From Methanotrichaceae archaeon (lineage in GTDB: Archaea; Halobacteriota; Methanosarcinia; Methanotrichales; Methanotrichaceae), in contig CAVVKN010000009.1 of assembly GCA_963748825.1 (NCBI GenBank), forward strand, positions 32,001-96,000: a DNA stretch of 64,000 bases. Direction: 5' to 3'. This document shows, in pieces, positions 61,962 to 64,000 of this stretch (position 1 is the first letter of the stretch; each line of letters opens with the position of its first letter). The notes below the pieces were generated by a model that ran no database searches, was not told the origin of the DNA, and saw nothing but the letters and a program-made list of their open reading frames with translations. Position numbers and translations under genes: made by a program.

Positions 61962-62044
61962 AATGGATATCTTTTTCTATTTAGATGCAAAGTCCTTCGA
62001 ATAGCAGACATAAAGAGGCTTGAATAGCAACGCAGGGCAGAGGC

Positions 62045-62653
62045 ATGAGGCGAGAAGATCTTAAAGATTTGAGCTACATCGTCCACTTTGATAACGTGAT
62101 TTCAATATTTCAAAATGGAATCCTTTCTCATGCTTTATCAAAAGATTTACCCCACAGATCAGTTTCCTCCAAGGTTGTTCAAGGCAAGAGGGAGTCAAAG
62201 TTGTTTCCTCAGGAAATGTCTCTGCACAATTACGTTCCCCTCTACATTTGCGGAAGAAATCCGATGCTTTTCAGGCTAAAATTCAGTTGCGGGTATTCAG
62301 AGATCTGTGTGCTGAGCATCAGTCCAGAGGTATTGGATCTGCCGGGGGTCATAATCAGCGACCGTAACGCATCCAGTGATTATGCGCTCTTCAAGCCCTC
62401 CCCGGAAGGTCTCGAAATAGTTGATAAAGATCTGGTCTTTGCCGGGTACTGGAATCACCCGGATGCAGTCGAAAAGTACAAGCATGTCTCCATCAAGTGC
62501 GCAGAAGTGCTGGTCCCGGACAGAGTGCCGGCCAGGTACATAAGCGGTACTTACGTGTCCTGTCCCGAGAGCAAGGAAGCGCTTGAGATGAAATTAAGTG
62601 ATGCGGGACTAAGTATAAATGTAGTGGTGAACACATATCTATTCTTTAAGTAG
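62045..62653 (+). CDS. darT: DarT ssDNA ADP-ribosyltransferase toxin (DUF4433)
   Basis: HFDN..GILS, YVPLY..RNPML, SDRNA, AEVLV (catalytic Glu position). Confidence 0.85.
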   Translation: MRREDLKDLSYIVHFDNVISIFQNGILSHALSKDLPHRSVSSKVVQGKRESKLFPQEMSLHNYVPLYICGRNPMLFRLKFSCGYSEICVLSISPEVLDLPGVIISDRNASSDYALFKPSPEGLEIVDKDLVFAGYWNHPDAVEKYKHVSIKCAEVLVPDRVPARYISGTYVSCPESKEALEMKLSDAGLSINVVVNTYLFFK

Positions 62654-62666
62654 GGGCGGTCCGGCT

Positions 62667-63815
62667 ATGGGAAATCAAGTAAAGGTTATAAAAGGAGACA
62701 TATTTCACTCCGGGGCCCAGACACTGGTCAATACGGTGAACTGCGTTGGCGTCATGGGCAAGGGCCTGGCGCTGGAGTTTAAAAAACGCTATCCTGGGAT
62801 GTATCAGGATTATCTGCAGCGCTGCAAAAAGGGAAAGGTAAGGCTTGGTGAGCCCTACCTATTTCGACAATTAGAGCCCCCGAATATTCTTAACTTCCCC
62901 ACTAAAGGTCACTGGCGTTCCGTCTCTCGCCTGGATGATATAATTTCAGGCTTGGACTACCTTGAGCAGCATTATAAAGAATGGGGCATCAAATCCATTG
63001 CTATTCCATCTCTCGGGTGTCAGCAGGGACATCTGGACTGGAAGGTCGTTCTGCCCGTCATTTACGGAAAATCAAGCCGCTTCGAGGTTCCTGTAGAACT
63101 CTATATACCTTCAGATATATCTCAGGAAGATGCGCTTTCCGTTCTAGGATTAGCCGAAGACTCCGGGACCATGCTCGCAGATAATAATCCCACGGAAAGG
63201 CTCAATCCAGGCTGGGTGGCTTTAGCTGCCATATTGGACCTAATCGAGCGTGAGCACTATCATTACCCCGTAGGACGGACCAGGTTCCAGAAGATCGCAT
63301 ACTTCGCCACTGTGTTAGGAATACCCACAGGCCTGACCTACAGACGTTCTAGCTACGGGCCCTTTGCCGAAGAACTAAAGGGCAATGTCCTAACCAATCT
63401 GGTCAATAACGGCTTGATAAGGGAAGAGCAGCATGGAAATATGTTCGTCCTCAAGACGGGGCCTGCCTGCAAGGATGCTTTGTCTAACTACAGAGAGGAA
63501 CTTGAGAAATGGCGTTCAGCTATGGAAAAGGTAGCGGACCTATTACTAAGAACCTCTACCGCACAATCAGAGATAGCAGCAACAGTTCATTTTGCGGCTC
63601 AGAACCTGAAGGAGTTTAAGCAGACAAAAGCCAGTGAGCGAGATGTTTTAGATGCAGTCATGAAATGGAAGCAGAGGCGCAAGCCTCCCCTAGATACGGA
63701 AGCGGTCGCGGTGGCCATCCGCAATCTGGCTGCATTGGGATGGATAGATGTGTACCCGAGCACCGATCTTCCAATGCAGGATGATCCATTATATGAAACG
63801 CTGATATGCGAGTGA
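62667..63815 (+). CDS. darG: DarG macrodomain antitoxin with C-terminal helical domain
   Basis: GDIF..LVNTVNCVGVMGKGLA, NFPTKGHW, SIAIPSLGC; QKIAYF..YGPF. Confidence 0.88.
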   Translation: MGNQVKVIKGDIFHSGAQTLVNTVNCVGVMGKGLALEFKKRYPGMYQDYLQRCKKGKVRLGEPYLFRQLEPPNILNFPTKGHWRSVSRLDDIISGLDYLEQHYKEWGIKSIAIPSLGCQQGHLDWKVVLPVIYGKSSRFEVPVELYIPSDISQEDALSVLGLAEDSGTMLADNNPTERLNPGWVALAAILDLIEREHYHYPVGRTRFQKIAYFATVLGIPTGLTYRRSSYGPFAEELKGNVLTNLVNNGLIREEQHGNMFVLKTGPACKDALSNYREELEKWRSAMEKVADLLLRTSTAQSEIAATVHFAAQNLKEFKQTKASERDVLDAVMKWKQRRKPPLDTEAVAVAIRNLAALGWIDVYPSTDLPMQDDPLYETLICE

Positions 63816-63816
63816 A

Positions 63817-63890
63817 CGAGCGCGGGGACGATTTCATTGAGTGGAAGGCTTATGCAGATAGCTTGAAGGGTCTCTAATCAAGGATCACAG
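63817..63890 (+). repeat. Degenerate fragment paralogous to the TumA-like gene (61437-61510)
   Basis: Shares GA(T/C)GATTTCAT(C/T)GAGTGGAA..AGATAGCTTGAAGG; this copy has an in-frame stop. Confidence 0.8.
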
Positions 63891-64000
63891 ATATATCCTA
63901 TTGCCGCCTTAAGGTGGTGCAGCTATGTATTCAATCATCGCTTGCGGCATTTTTGAAAAGGAGATCGAAGCGCTGCGTTTAGAGCTGGGATTTCCCTTTG

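Noticed and set aside
1-64000. CRISPR arrays, tRNA or rRNA genes, prophage genes
   Set aside because: None seen by eye; a short or intron-containing tRNA cannot be excluded without tRNAscan-SE

Overview
Archaeal chromosome segment, most consistent with an aceticlastic Methanotrichaceae (Methanothrix/Methanosaeta-like) methanogen. The basis is mch, tfb, alba, aIF5B, the rpl7ae-rps28e-rpl24e-ndk operon, an archaeal RNase P RNA, Ahb-route tetrapyrrole genes and many PAS kinases. Most of the window is housekeeping. Accessory parts: (i) a TnpB-only IS200/IS605 element inserted in the last codons of alba; (ii) a cluster of secreted Ig/PKD/DUF11 proteins that share domains, next to a deacetylase-like gene; (iii) a signalling island with an IS (24-bp TIRs, 8-bp TSD), bracketed by two REC proteins carrying His-less pseudo-DHp domains; (iv) two tandem, near-identical 38-39 aa unannotated micro-ORFs; (v) a TA/defence array (TumA/TumE-like, DarT/DarG) punctuated by repeated gene fragments (HsdS-like tail twice, antitoxin segment twice). 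ndk and hemC appear to require CTG starts. Several genes carry single-base frameshifts that are probably assembly indels. All calls come from reading motifs by eye; no database search was run.
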